This document shows positions 28,470-44,658 of a DNA stretch of 64,000 bases, in pieces (the first letter of the stretch is position 1; every line of letters begins with the position of its first letter). The notes under the pieces are model-generated. The model saw nothing but the letters and a program-made list of their open reading frames with translations, was not told where the DNA came from and ran no database searches. The DNA is taken from the NCBI RefSeq assembly GCF_009914755.1, contig NC_060929.1; one strand, 5' to 3'. The stretch comes from the human T2T-CHM13v2.0 reference genome, Homo sapiens. The translations under genes were made by a program, and so were the position numbers.

Positions 28470-28553
28470 TGTCTTTCCTTCCTTCCTTCCTTCCTTTCTT
28501 TCCTTCCTTCCTTCCTTCCTTCCTTCCTTCTTTCTTTCTTTCTTCTTTTTTTC
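28340..28553. repeat. Compound (TTTC)n/(TTCC)n/(CT)n polypyrimidine microsatellite
   Basis: About 210 bp of almost pure pyrimidines on +. Confidence 0.97.
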
Positions 28554-29418
28554 ATGTCACATTGTTTCTCACTGGCATAATGAAATAATCTGTGGAAATC
28601 TAACAACTTGAGAAATTAAAAAACATTTTTACTCCCTCAAAATCACTCCATATATGGACTTCTGGGAGAGAAAAAGTGGGACTCTGAAATGCTAGGTCAA
28701 TGACACTTCATGAAATGTGAATTTTTAAAAATGAGGAAACATATGTAACTCTAACGAACTGATGTCTCTGTCCTCCTTCTGTTCTCTTTCCACCAGCCAT
28801 ATATTAAATGTGTTATTATCAAGCTCCAAGGTGAGAGAACAGATAGTTTTAGAAGCATGAGTGGGAGCAGGGTAGCATCTTTGTCCTTCAGACCATCAAA
28901 TCATAGAGAGGACAAAAAATTAGGAAACAGAAAGGGGTGATTTCTGAAAGCTGAGGTCTCTACATAGAGAATACTACTTTTCCCCTGTGCAATTTTGAAA
29001 GCAGGGAACACCTTCAAGTATGATATGACACAGCATGGAAAAAAATGGGAATGGGATTGCTCTATAAATTGTCTTCAGAATGGGATGAAGAATCAAGTGT
29101 TCAGACCAGAAGCCTAGTAGAGGAGAAAAGTGAAATCATTATGGATGAAATGAAGCTGATACTGCTGGTTGATATCAATATGGGACCTTATCTGAAAGTA
29201 GTTGGACCAGGAATCACACAATTTACTTCTGCTCCTTTAGCCCAAATTTATTCAAGCCCTTAGCTACATTTACAAACTCTCAGCTACAAAAAAAAATTGT
29301 GAAATGTAATCTTTGTAGTTGACAGGCCAAGGCTTAACTCCTGAGTCCTATTTCTTAAGTGATCAAAAGACAGTATATAATATTAGGACTTTCAGCCATG
29401 AGCATCAAGTCATGGTCA

Positions 29419-29908
29419 GGGGCCAAGTCATGAGAATATGCAAATAAAACTCGTTCCTATAGGTTAGTGGGGGAACAGTTCCTGGGGACAACTAGAAATC
29501 TCTTTCTCAAATGTAAATATCCACCAGTAGAAAATTTAAAAGACCAAAATTAATAACTGATCAGTAGAATAAAATAGTCTGTATCCATTTATAAAGGAGT
29601 AATATCATGGGAAATGTTTCACATTTTCTTCTGAATGGGTAAAGGAAAGATATAAAACCACAATATATAGAGAGAGGTGTAAATGTAATTGTAGGTTAAG
29701 TCAGAATAGTGAGGTTTCATATATAGATATAAATTCTTTCCATTTTGTAAGAATAAAAATGTGTCTCTTTTATACTGAGGATAGTCCATGAGTGTGTCTT
29801 TAATATTTCCACCTCTGCTTTTCCCCCAGATATCTGTCCCACAGACAATAGTTTTACCATGAAAATGTAAGCTTATTTTAACATGTTTTCATCATCCTAT
29901 TTTTTCAT
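29419..29908 (+). repeat. Local duplication, copy 1 (~490 bp)
   Basis: Aligns by eye with 31064-31575; shared exact blocks include ctggggacaactagaaatctctttctcaaatgtaaatatccaccagtagaaaatttaaaagac. Confidence 0.95.
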
Positions 29909-31063
29909 AAACAGGACTAGGCAGAGAAAACCTGCTTTAGATGGAATACTCTAATTTATGTTGCTTAACTCAGATCAAGTTATGAATTCAGACTCTTAAG
30001 TTATGTTTAGTTCAGAAATAAATGAAGTTACATTATGTTCACACCCTGGTAATGTGTAAGGCACAGTGTTAAAGATAGGGATATCTTTACACTGATCCAA
30101 AGATGTGACTTGTTGATACAGCTGTGTCTCTCAAATTTCTCTTTTTGAGGGGGATGGGGAAGTAAACTCCTTGAACCCTTGTAGAATACTAAGGTTGCCT
30201 AAGCAGATATCCAAGTATAATTCTTATTTATACTGAAGTCACAAAAGACCAGTGGGAAGAACTTGAAAGTATCCAAAAATAGAGGGCAAAAATATAATGT
30301 TACCAATGGACTGGAGATGGGTACAGGTAAAATCAAGTGAAAAGTAAGGTCTTTTGTAGAGAATCTCCAGAAATACTCTGGTAGCTCTGTTAGGCAAAGC
30401 TATATTTCCTGAATATTGAGAGGGATTGTTGCTTTGAATATAGAGGGAATCTGTACATGAACCTGTTTGAAATCAAGTCTTTGAATAACACATAAAAGAT
30501 CTCTACTACCCATCATCTCAGGACACTTTGCTGAATTTTCACTGACCCTTCCCAGAAGTTGAGTGAAAAGCTGTGTTGTACCAACAGCCTCTGCTGAGAA
30601 GGCTGGGTACCTACAGAGGAAGACCTATCCTTTCTTATCAGAGACAGAGGTGACTATAAAATGTGAAGAGGCACATGACGTGAGGATCTCCTATGAGTGA
30701 CAGAAGGAGGCAAGAGTGAGTCATTGTTTTCATAGTAGAATTCCTGAAAGCAAGAAAAACTAAGAGGAACAGAACTGCCTGTAGAAACAGAGATAGAGAG
30801 GAAGCTGGACTCTCCTAACTGCCATCCGTGTTGGATTGGATGGATACCTTGTAACTTGATAGATGGAGTTCCTGTTAAAATTTTAGCTGGGACATTCTTA
30901 AGTTATGTTTAGTTTAGAAATAAATGATGAAGTTCTGATATAATGACCCGGCTCCACAATTTTTCCAGGATTTCAAGCTCTGTTCAGACTGCCCCTCCAA
31001 ACTCTCTAGGAGGTTGTGCTCACCTGCATGGTCAATTCCACACGACATCACAGGACTCAGGAA

Positions 31064-31575
31064 GGGGCCAAGACATGGGGATATGCAAATAAAACTCTCA
31101 TTTCTATGGGATAATGGGGGAACAGTCCCTGGGGACAACTAGAAATCTCTTTCTCAAATGTAAATATCCACCAGTAGAAAATTTAAAAGACATAAATTAA
31201 AACTGCTCAGTAAAATAAAATGGTCTGTATCCATTTATAAAAGAATAATGTCATGAGAAGTGTTTCACATTTTCTTCTAAATGGGATAAAGAAAAGATAT
31301 AAAACATTCTGCAAAATAAAAACCCCATATATAAGGAGACGTGTAAATGTAATTTTAGGTTAAGTCAGAATAGTGAGGTTTCATATATAGATATAAGTTC
31401 TTTCCATTTTGTAAGAATAAAAATGTGTCTCTTTTATACTGAGGAGAGTGCATGAATGCGTCTTTAATATTTCCACCTCTGCTTTTCCCCAAAATATCTG
31501 TTCAACAGACAATATTTTTACCATGAAAATGTAAGCTTATTTTTAACACATTTTTATCATCCTATTTTTTTTCAT
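31064..31575 (+). repeat. Local duplication, copy 2 (~510 bp)
   Basis: Direct repeat of 29419-29908 with scattered substitutions and about 20 extra bp near 31306-31325. Confidence 0.95.
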
Positions 31576-33246
31576 TCCTTGGCTTAGAGGAGGTAAAATA
31601 TGAATATTTCATGTTAATTTATTTGGTAATTTTTACATAAAGAACAGTTTATTTGCCTGATCATTTGACATCTATAATTTTGGGCATTATAAACATTATA
31701 GAATACTTTTTTCTTCTTAATCTCAATAACATATACATATCCTTTGTGCCAGCCAAAAAAAAAAAAAAAAAAGAATACAATGGAAAAGGAAGAGACATAT
31801 GGATATCTAAGTGAAATAAATATACCTCAATTAGAGAGATCTTAATTCAATTTTCACTGCTCTGACTACACTGGAAGAAGCTGAAAGATTTCAGGATACA
31901 TTAATATATTTGTGGAATTCAAAATGCTGTTTGTTTTGAGCTCATATGCATAGCGACTTTAAATCATTTTTTTCTAAGATTGGGAAGGACATGCTATCTC
32001 ACTAATAGAAATGCAGCATGTGAGATTCCCCTAAGTAATGGATAATTCCCATGCTGTCCAGATGCTTAAGTGAATTTGAGGTCTGTGTTCAGCTTGAAAG
32101 CCATTTGGATAGAGAACCCAACCACACACAATTGCCAGCACATTACACAAGGGAAAATGCAGAAAATGAAATTGTTGGTAAAGATAATTGCTGTGAATGC
32201 AGACTCTGATAGCAGGAGTCTATGGAATAGCATACCATCTATTGTTAGCCAGTAAATAAAAGATGCTGTGCTTTGGCTTCAATTTGGAAAAAAGTGGTGG
32301 TAGGTTAAGATACCTTATTGAGTTGGGTGATGAAAATATAAAGGTTGGTCCTATTAAGGTCACCAATAAATTATAACCCAAGAGAACTGGGTCAGTGAGC
32401 AGAATAGTTCCGTGTGGCCAGGGTGCTGATGCTGGTGTTTAGGATAACATCTTTTGGACTGTAGTACAATTGTGCTTCCTCTAAAGGGTCCTTTCATTCA
32501 TCTGAGAAAAAAAGCAGTGGGGAAGAAAGAATAGCAACATTAAAAATATCTAATACAAACAAAAAAGTGCAAAGAAGAATACACATTTGAAAAATGATAT
32601 CATAATTCTCAACATGGTGGAAAATAAAGAGATAAAGCATTAAATGCAGAAAATAGAGGTAGTCATAGGTATGATATTCAGAGTATATTCACTCTGAGAA
32701 TCCCAGCCAAAATGAGTTGGTGTGGAGGTAAAAATAATCTGGCAGAGACGTCTGAAAATAAGGTACAGAAACTTGAAAAAAATCTATTGTAAATCCTGAT
32801 TGATAAAAACAAATTTAGATTTTACCAAAAAATAAATTAGAAATCTACGTTCAGTTCATATCAACTTTCTGAAGTAAATACTGGTAATTTGGTCAATAGT
32901 GAAATACAGAAGCCAACATCACAGCATCCAAAAAAGGATGGATATGAATATAAATGTGTGTAATTGTTACAACCACTAGCTGGAGAAGCAAGTATCTTTT
33001 TTTTTTTTGCATTTAAAAATTTTATTTATTTATTTATTTATATTATACTTTAAGTTTTAGGGTACATGTCCACAATGTGCAGGTTAGTTACATATGTATA
33101 CATCTGCCATGCTGGTGTGCTGCACCCACTAACTCGTCATCTAGCATTAGGTATATCTCCCAATGCTATCCCTCCCCCTTCCCCCCACCCCACAACAGTC
33201 CCCAGAGTGTGATGTTCCCCTTCCTGTGTCCATGTGTTCTCATTGT

Positions 33247-35728
<2,482 letters not shown>

Positions 35729-37698
35729 AGCAGGTATCTTTTAAGGTATTAGACAGCCTGGTAGTTTAAGAAGTGTTTGGTAATTTTTATGCAAGGAAGT
35801 TTTCCCAAGTGGTGGTTGATATGTGGTCTCAAATATTATTAAGGTAGCTCTTGGGGGGATAATCTCAGATTTGATCCCCGTTTCCCCCAGAGAAGCAACA
35901 TTTTTCTCGTTGATACAAATGAGGCTCTTGGGAGTTTTTCTTTTCAAAAAAGATGCATATATCAAAAGTGAGAATTCAACATACTTTGGCGTAACGAAGA
36001 ATTCTACCTACTGGAAAGAAATTTGGACAGTTCCTTGGAATTCGCTGGATCACAGTTTAGTGTGTCCTAATTACAGGAGATAACAGTATGTATCAATCCA
36101 TTGTTATATTGGATCTTATCTCCTGAAATACAACTGTATTATAATTGAAGTCACACCCTAAAATTGGATGGTTTAAGAAATCAAGTAAAAGGAAATCTCA
36201 CACATCAATTTTCTTTTTTGTTTTGAAGTAAGAGTGCGTGCTATAATATTTGCTAGTAGCAATTGCTGTAAAATGGGAGGAGTTATTTTGTTAAAAAGAT
36301 CGAGTCCCAGAGCAGAATTCTTCAATCATTCATGGCAGAATGAAAAAGGTTGATATGGTTCTTGTCCAAATTACTCAGTTCTTAAAAGTTTTAAAATCAT
36401 CATAAATCATTATCCTTTAAGGGCTTATTTGAAGATGTTAAAGTTTAGAACTTTGTGTAAAGGTAGAGTTTTCCCCCGTTAATAGTACCTTCTTAATAAA
36501 AGTTGGTGTTCACTATTACAAACTACCAGTGAGGCCAAAGAATCTCAAGATCTTTGTAAAAAAGAAATCTTTTAGTGTCAGATTGTCCCTTCTAATACCT
36601 TTGGAGATGATGTAACTTTGATTTATTCATAAAATATTTTAACTGTCAAGACTCTTGAAGATCATGGGTAAGCAAGTGATTTTCTTTTTTAACCTGGTTG
36701 GTTTAAGTAATAATTTGAAATTCACTTATTTTAAAATTACAGAGTATTATAATCATGAAAACTGAATGTTTGTATCTTCCTAAATGCATTCACCTAAGAA
36801 AATATTTCATAGGCAGATAATGAAGACCAAGCGGAAGTCTGCACTGTAGGCATCCTTCTTATTTGTACTTATTCTGCTTTCATTTATGCTGTAGAAAATG
36901 AAATTCCAGCAACATTCTTCAGTTCTGTTACTTTGGTACTTCTAAAACTATATTTGTTTTTATTATATTGTGCTTTTCAAAGCCGTAACTCTAAAGAACT
37001 TTGTTTTTGCATATTGTTTGCTAATGCTTTAACAAACTTCAAAGTCGGCTTAAGAAAAAGAGGGAGAGACAGAGAGGAGCATTAAAGGGGAGCATAGGAG
37101 TTACCATGATTCAGAAATAAATAAACTTAAAAATAAATACACTTGAAAAGATGTAAGATATTAACTCACTGTATTTTGAAATGCTATAATTCACAATGAA
37201 CTGTAAAATGAGAGTTTTTTGGACTCATAAGAGGTTTTCTTTGTGGAGAAAGTGGAAAATCTCATTATTTGACTTTTTTTGGGTGATTGGAGATGCTGTG
37301 ATGCAATATTCTTATTTTTATTTTCCTTAAGGGCCCGTAATTTTGAGCTGTGATGGTGTGCCCTAAAGTGTTTTATCCAAAAAAGACTATTTTTAAATAT
37401 CTTGTTAATCTACCTCCTGTTTTCTGCTATAAACTGTCATTACAACCATCTCCATTCAACATATGACCTAATTATATAGTCAAAAACCAAGAGCACATCT
37501 ATCATAATTCTCATATTCAATAATAGAATGTGTTTTTTTTTCTATAATTACTATTTTGTTTGGTTCCCATTAGAGTAGAGGCAGTTGAGTATAAATTTTA
37601 GAGAAAGACTTTGGACTTCAGGTTTAGAAAAGCTGATGAGTGTTTTTCTTCACTACCAAAATCCAGTGAAAATGAATGAAGTATAAAAGCAGGAGATA

Positions 37699-38022
37699 AG
37701 CTGGGCATGTTGGCTCAGGTCTGTAATCCCAGCACTTTGGGAGGCCAAGGTGGGTAGATCACTTGAGGTCAGGGTTTGAGACCAGCCTGGACAATATGGG
37801 AAAATCCCATCTCTACTAAAATAAATAAATAAATACAAATACAAAAATTATCTCAGTGTGGTGGTGCGTGCCCGTAGTCCCAGCTACTCGGAAGACTGGG
37901 TCAGGAGAATTGCTTGAACCTGGGAGATGGAAGGTTGCAGTGAGCCGAGAGCGCACCTCTGCACTGAATCCTGGGCAAAAGAGAGACTCTATCTCAAGGA
38001 AAAACAAAACAAAACAAAACAG
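37699..38022 (+). mobile_element. Alu (AluJ/Sz-like)
   Basis: gctgggcatgttggctca...tgtaatcccagcactttgggagg; (AAAAC)n tail; degenerate TSD ending gagataa. Confidence 0.93.
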
Positions 38023-38699
38023 AAACACAAGAGATAATCAATGGCCACTAGGAAACCTTTATGGGTACCACTGGTGTACCTGAAACAGGAAGCTGTCCAA
38101 AAAGTAGAAAGAAAACAGAATTAAGTTGCTGAAACTGCAACCCGCAGACAGATATGAGGTATGTACATACATACAGGAGAACCCCCAAATCAGAGACAGT
38201 ATGACCTAGGGTAGAGCATCCCATAGAGCAGAGAGAGAGAGATTTTGACAGAAGATTTCAGAATCGCTGTTTCAGTATTCAGTCTCAGCCAAGCATCAGT
38301 GTTTTCCCCCAAGGTAAAGCTGCAACTACAGGTCTATAAATGAAGTGGAGTAACTTGCTTTTTCCAACATGAGAAATTGATCCCAGGAGGAGAAAAAGAG
38401 TAAGGTTCTCATTATTCTTCTGCCACAATAAACAAGGAGCACCTCCTCACCAAAAGCCAATCCTCAGAGGCATTCCAACCAGACACACCCCAGGCTACTC
38501 ACTACAGCAGGATCTGAAACCAGCAGCTGGGTTGACCATCAGGTAACATTGAGTGTTGCAGCAGCTGAGGAAACCTGTACCATCTGCCAATACTGATTTG
38601 GACTTTCACATATGCATATTAACGGGTCCTCAAAGGCCAAACACTATTTGAAGAAGAATAAGTAACAACATAAAGGCAAAAAAGAGCTACTGGAAGAGG

Positions 38700-39530
38700 C
38701 AGTAACAAACTTAAAAAAAGTTCCTTATGCTAGAAGAAGTTATAGGATATATCATAGTTCTAAAATGAGAAAAGTTGCTAACAAATAATTGTAGAAATCA
38801 AAGATTCTTTATACTTTAAGAACAACAACCGTAATAACTGAGTGAAACACTGAATATCAAAATTGATGTGGTAGAAGTATTAATAATTGATATGGTTTGC
38901 CGGTGTCCCCACTCAAATCCCATCTTGAATTGTAGTTCCCATAATCCCCATGTGTCATGGGAGGGACCCAGTGGGAGGTAATTGAATCCTAATGGCAGTT
39001 AGCCCCATGCAGTCTCATGATAGTAAGTGAATTCTCACAAGCTCTGATGGTTTTATAAGGGGCTTTTCCCCCTTCACTTGGCACTTCTCTCTCCTGCTAC
39101 CATGTGAAGAAGGACATGTTTGCTCCCCTTCCACCATGATTGTAAGTTTCCTGAGGCCTCCATAGCCATGTGGAACTGTGAGTCAATTAAACCTCTTTCC
39201 TTAATAAATTACACAGTTTTGGGCAGTTCTTTATAGCAGTGCGAGAATGAATTAATACAATCATCATGAAGATGGATTGAGTAATTTGCCTAGAAGTCAG
39301 TAAAAAAGTAATTAAAGCAAATAAACCCCAAAAGAAAAACACACATAAGAAAAAAAGAAAGAGAAAAGCTAGATGAGGTATACAGAAGCTGCAGTATTTG
39401 TTGAATATTAATTCTAGAAAGGGGGAACAAAGAGAGAGGAGAGAAAGCAATAATCAACTAACTAAATGAAAATTCTCCGAGGTAAAAATGAGTCATTTTT
39501 CTCGATTACAAATGCTCACATAATCTCTTC
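38700..39530 (+). mobile_element. Old L1M/HAL1 ORF1-region remnant interrupted by a THE1 LTR
   Basis: A-rich L1-like motifs (ttctagaaagggggaacaaagagag...gaaaattctcc); weak similarity. Confidence 0.4.
38888..39259 (+). mobile_element. THE1D-like solo LTR
   Basis: tgatatggtttg...cagttctttatagcagtgcgagaatgaattaataca; near-TSD ataat/atcat. Confidence 0.92.
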
Positions 39531-39682
39531 CAAGAGGCTTTTCTTTTCCCAGACAGATTTTTGGTGCCTGGAGAATTTGGGATGGGTTATCTGGTTTTAC
39601 CCTAAGGAATCTGCTCTTCCACTTGTGTTGAAACTCAGACCAGAATGGGAGCAGAGGCTACAGAGACAACCTTGTTACTCCC

Positions 39683-40058
39683 TATATTAGTCCATTCTCA
39701 CACTGCTATAAAGAACTGCCTGAACTGGCTTATTTGTAAAGGAAAGAGGCTTAATTGACTCACAGTTCAGCATGGCTGGGGAGTCCTCAGGAAACTTACA
39801 GTCATGGCAGAAGGCTAAGGGAAAGCAAGGCACATTCTTCACAAGGCGGCAAGCAGAAAAAGTGCTGATCAAAGGGGAAAAATCCACTTATAAAACCATC
39901 AGATCTCATAAGAACTCACTCACTATCACAAGAATAGTATGGAAAAACCAACCCCATGATTCAATTACCTCCACCTGATCTCTCCCTTGACACATGGGGA
40001 TTATGAGAATTACAATTCAACATGAGACTTGGGTGCGGACACAAAACCTAATCATTCA
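39683..40058 (-). mobile_element. THE1D-like solo LTR
   Basis: tatattagtccattctcacactgctataaagaactgcc...; near-TSD ctccc/ctcct. Confidence 0.92.
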
Positions 40059-40976
40059 CTCCTGTATGCTGCTCACTCTCAGGCCGGAGGTACTTTGAGG
40101 CTTTTCCATCTCTGAGGAAAAGCTTCTCCCTCCTATGCAGTCTTCTGTTGTGTCTGCATTCATCTGAACAGCGGTTGGTCACTCAATGCTACCGTAACCA
40201 TTTTCCCCTGCCTGCTGCTGTCTTCTCCCATTCTGGGTATGCTTATGCATTTATTCCCTCCTATCCTTCTACTATATTCATTCAGTTGCCTTTCTAGAAA
40301 GAGGAAAATGTCAAAGTGTGAAGTATCATCCTTATATGACTTGGGAATGCTTGATTGTGACTTTGTGACACAGCACAATTCAATCTTAGGAATGGAAGGC
40401 AAAGAATCAGAGGCCACAATCTGCTTTTTAACAATTCAGCAGTTATAAGATACATAATTTTGGAAAATATAAACTTTGAGAAAAATTTTCTCAACTGTAT
40501 CTGAGAAAAATCATGAAATAAAACATGAAAAATGATAACTCTGACAATTGCTTTTACAAACAGTCCAGTTACAGAAATGGATAGAAATTATATAGAAATT
40601 AAGGAAAAGTTTTGCAGTATATTATATTATAGTGTACTATAGTCACAGGAAATATATTAAACGCTATGAATTTTGTTACTATTTGATTTTTGAGGATTTA
40701 ATACAGTTTTATCTCTATTTTTCCAAAAGCATAAAGCTAATTTAACATCAAAAAATGCATATGTGATCAAATATAAAATATATTTGAAAATTTACCTTGG
40801 TTTTATAAGACCTTGAATGGCCTGATGTAATTAATAAAATATTGAGCTATTAATAAAACAGTTGAATAACAGACCAAAAATTCTAAAAACAACTGAGTTA
40901 TAATATTTATAAACTGCCCACATCTAATTGTATAATTATCTAACTAGTATTTTAATCTTTTCCCAGTAATATAATA

Positions 40977-41222
<246 letters not shown>

Positions 41223-42649
41223 AAATGCTTTGATGAGCTTAACAAAGGAACCATACTAAGGTGAAATGTGCATGAGGTAAAAAATTAGAGAAATTTGCGC
41301 TGAAATCCCATTACAGTATTTACCATCAATGCAACCTTTAGTGTAATATTTATCTTTTCCAAAACCTTACTTTTCCTGTCTATAAATGGGAATTGAGTCT
41401 GAGCTGGAACGAGGACTTTCTTTAATCAATAGAAATAAGTAGAAGGGATGCCACACCAATTCAGCTCAAGTGTTGAGAGGTCCTGGCAGTTCCTATACAC
41501 ATTTATAGTGTCTGGTTTTCCACTTGTAACATTGTTTGTTTTTCTCTCGCCCACAAGTCTCAGGTCTAAGGCCTTTGATAAGATCAATAAACCTCCTTTT
41601 TATCAGTCATGTCCTGATCTTTATGGGAAGCACTCTATGCCTCGTCAAGGATTTATCTCTCTGATGTCTCATGTCATAGTCTGGAATATAAATTCCTGTT
41701 TCTTGAAACACACAAACCATTAGGTCTGTGTTACCCATATTTCCTTTCAGTTATCAGGAAACAACAACAAAAAAAAAACCCTTCAATCTCTGCCTGTATC
41801 TCTGTCTTCTGCTTTATGAGACTATTAACCCTAAAGAACATATATTCCTCCTCCTTCCACACCCCCCAACTTAGGGGGTTCAAACCATATATTAATTTGT
41901 ATCTTTTCTGATTCATGTCACTATGATTCAGGGTGTCCCCAGCTGTGATACAGAAAGCCTACTGCCTGCTCATGTAAGTCCATGCCCCTAAGATGGATAC
42001 CATTAAACCCTACTCTCAAAAGCACAGGAACAGAAAGCTGACGAAAAGAGGAGGAATTGCTCTGGCTAAACACATTTTCCATAAGAGGTGGCTTTTCAAA
42101 AATTTAAAAGTATTTTTTCAATGAAATTGCTGTTGAGTGTGACAAAACATTTAAGGAAGCCCTTTGACAGAAATGCCTCTACTTTAAGTGAATGAAACAT
42201 TTCTAGTCAAACTCTGAGATGCATGGAAAAGCCAAATAAAGGTGGCACATTTTTCATTTACATACTTCTCTACTGATTTGCATTTATGATGTGCAATGAT
42301 AGAGCCTGCCTTTCCTTCTGCACAATTATATCTTACAAGAGTGCTCTCCCTTGTTTGTGTTTTCCCCTTTAAACTGTATCCCTAACTATGACTTAGCCCT
42401 CTACAGAAGGCACACTCTCTGGGAACAATCTTGGTGCAATTTGTACAGCTTCACATATGTAGAGATTCTGTTCTTTTGACTCTATTTCAATATTCTGTTT
42501 CCATCTCAAAACAATATCATCTTTACATGAATTTTGATTACCTCTACCTCCAAAGTATTTCTTCTTTTATTTTTTCCTCTCTCTTAATTAAGAACTTTAC
42601 AACTAAGAGGGAATATAGAAACCATCCAAGCTTTATTTTGAAAATATTG

Positions 42650-42750
42650 AAGGGTAGAAAGATTAAATGACTTGCCCAAAGTAACCCAGCTAATTAGTAG
42701 AAATTAGACTACAGCCCAGTTCTGGTGTTGACAGCATCCTTTAACTATTA
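42650..42750 (-). mobile_element. MIR fragment
   Basis: gattaaatgacttgcccaaagtaacccagctaattagt MIR core. Confidence 0.65.
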
Positions 42751-42871
42751 AGTAGTGCTTTATGAATTATTTCTAATTCACTGAGGGTAAAGAGGTGATC
42801 ACAAACCTGTTTATCCTAAAGCAGCTTAAATTTGTGGCCAGTTTAGAAAGAAGATGCACATAAAAATATGC

Positions 42872-43227
42872 TGGTATGGTTTGGCTCTGTGTCCCCACCC
42901 AAATCTCATCTTGAATTGTACTCCCATAATTCCCATGTGTTGTGGGAGGGTCCTGGTGGGAGATAATTTGAATCATGGGGGTGGTTTCCCCCATACTGCT
43001 CTTGTGGTAGTGATTAAGTCTCATGAGATCTGATGGTTTTATCAGGGGTTTCCACTTTTGCATCTTCCTCATTTTCTCTTGCTGGCACCATGTAAGAAGT
43101 GCCTTTTGCCTCCCACCCATGATTCTGAGGCCTCCCCAGCCACATGGAACTACAAATCCAAATAAACCTCTTTTTCTTCCCAGTCTCGGTTATGTCTTTT
43201 TCAGCAGTGTGAAAATTGACTAATACG
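42872..43227 (+). mobile_element. THE1A-like solo LTR
   Basis: tggtatggtttggctctgtgtccccacccaaatc...ttttatcaggggtttcc...gactaatac; near-TSD tatgc/tatgg. Confidence 0.92.
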
Positions 43228-43282
43228 TATGGTAAGAACCTAAGAACAATTTTCTCACAGAACATACTTATTCAATCTAGTT

Positions 43283-43450
43283 AGCTGCTCATGGTGTCAT
43301 GTGACTGTAGTCCCAGCAACTTAGGAGGCTGATTGAGGAGGCTCACTTTGGTCCCGGAATTCAAAGCTACAGTGAGCTATGATGGTGCCACTGCACTCCA
43401 GCTTGGGCAACAGAGTGAGACCTTGTCTCAAAAACAAGAAAACAAACAAC
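43283..43450 (+). mobile_element. Free Alu monomer (FRAM/FAM-like)
   Basis: Single right-arm-like monomer: ctgtagtcccagc...cagtgagctatgatggtgccactgcactccagc, A-rich tail. Confidence 0.85.
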
Positions 43451-43709
43451 TACACTAATTGTAGTCTTCTTGCTAAACTACCAAGTTAAAATACTATGTG
43501 TAACTGTACCTGCTAAATAGATCTCCTTGAGAGCTGGGCAGAGAGGATTCTTGGGACAGTGATTCTTTGTAAACCTCTTGCATTTATTGTCTCCTACTCT
43601 CTGGCAATCTCTACTTACTTTCTACGAGTGTCAGTAATTGACAACTATTAGTACATAGCTGGTAGCAATTCTAATCTCTATCAACAAACATCACAACTAT
43701 TGAGTATAA

Positions 43710-43973
<264 letters not shown>

Positions 43974-44199
43974 CAGATACACCACTCTTAATTCACTCTT
44001 CCCTCTTACAGTGGAAACTTGCTGCTGCTCCTCTGGGAGAATTCCATTGCTTCTCAGTGGGGTGTCAGATCCCTTGCCTTCAAGACTCTTCTACTTGGCA
44101 TGGATTAATTCCATTTTGGGAAATTGGCATGATTTATCTGTAAGATAGAATCATGAGGCAGTAGTTTTTAGAGATTTTCTTATTCTCAAGATAAACATA

Positions 44200-44480
44200 T
44201 TCATTCATTCATTCAACATATAGTTGCTGAGTACATATTGTCATAGCCCAGGAAAAATGCTGGGGGAAAAATATTGAGCAAGAATGACCATGTTCCTGAT
44301 TTTATGGAGCTTTTAATATCTCACAGAGATAAATGTTTTTAAGAGTGTAGTGTGTACTATAATAGGGAAAGTGAAAAATTCTAATAGAGAATAGAACAGT
44401 GGCAATTAACCTAGTTTTAGAAAGGTCTACCTAGAAGGCGTAGCATCTATGCCAAGACTTGAGATGAGGAAGCTGGCCAG
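44200..44480 (-). mobile_element. L2 3' fragment
   Basis: ttcattcattcattcaacatatagttgctgagtac tail motif. Confidence 0.7.
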
Positions 44481-44658
44481 CAGGACTGGCTATATAATTT
44501 GTGGGGCCTGGTGAAAAGTGAAAATGTGGAGTCCCTTGTTAAAAAATTCTTGTGGATTTGAAGAAAGCAGCAGCAGAACATTAAATCAAGTTTTGGGGCC
44601 ATTCTGTGCCTGGGGCTACATATGATTCACAGGTCTCATGCTCATGAAACCGGTCCCG
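44481..44658 (-). mobile_element. MER45A-like hAT-Tip100 DNA transposon
   Basis: Imperfect TIRs caggactggct / accggtcccg; minus strand begins cgggaccggtttcatgagcatgagacctgtg, like the recalled MER45A consensus. Confidence 0.7.

Noticed and set aside
28258-28611. F/S/L-rich and K/E/R-rich ORFs
   Set aside because: Translation of the TTTC/TTCC microsatellite.
29419-31575. The duplicated pair as LTRs of a new retroelement
   Set aside because: No TG...CA ends, TSD, primer-binding site or coding remnants visible; kept as a local duplication instead.
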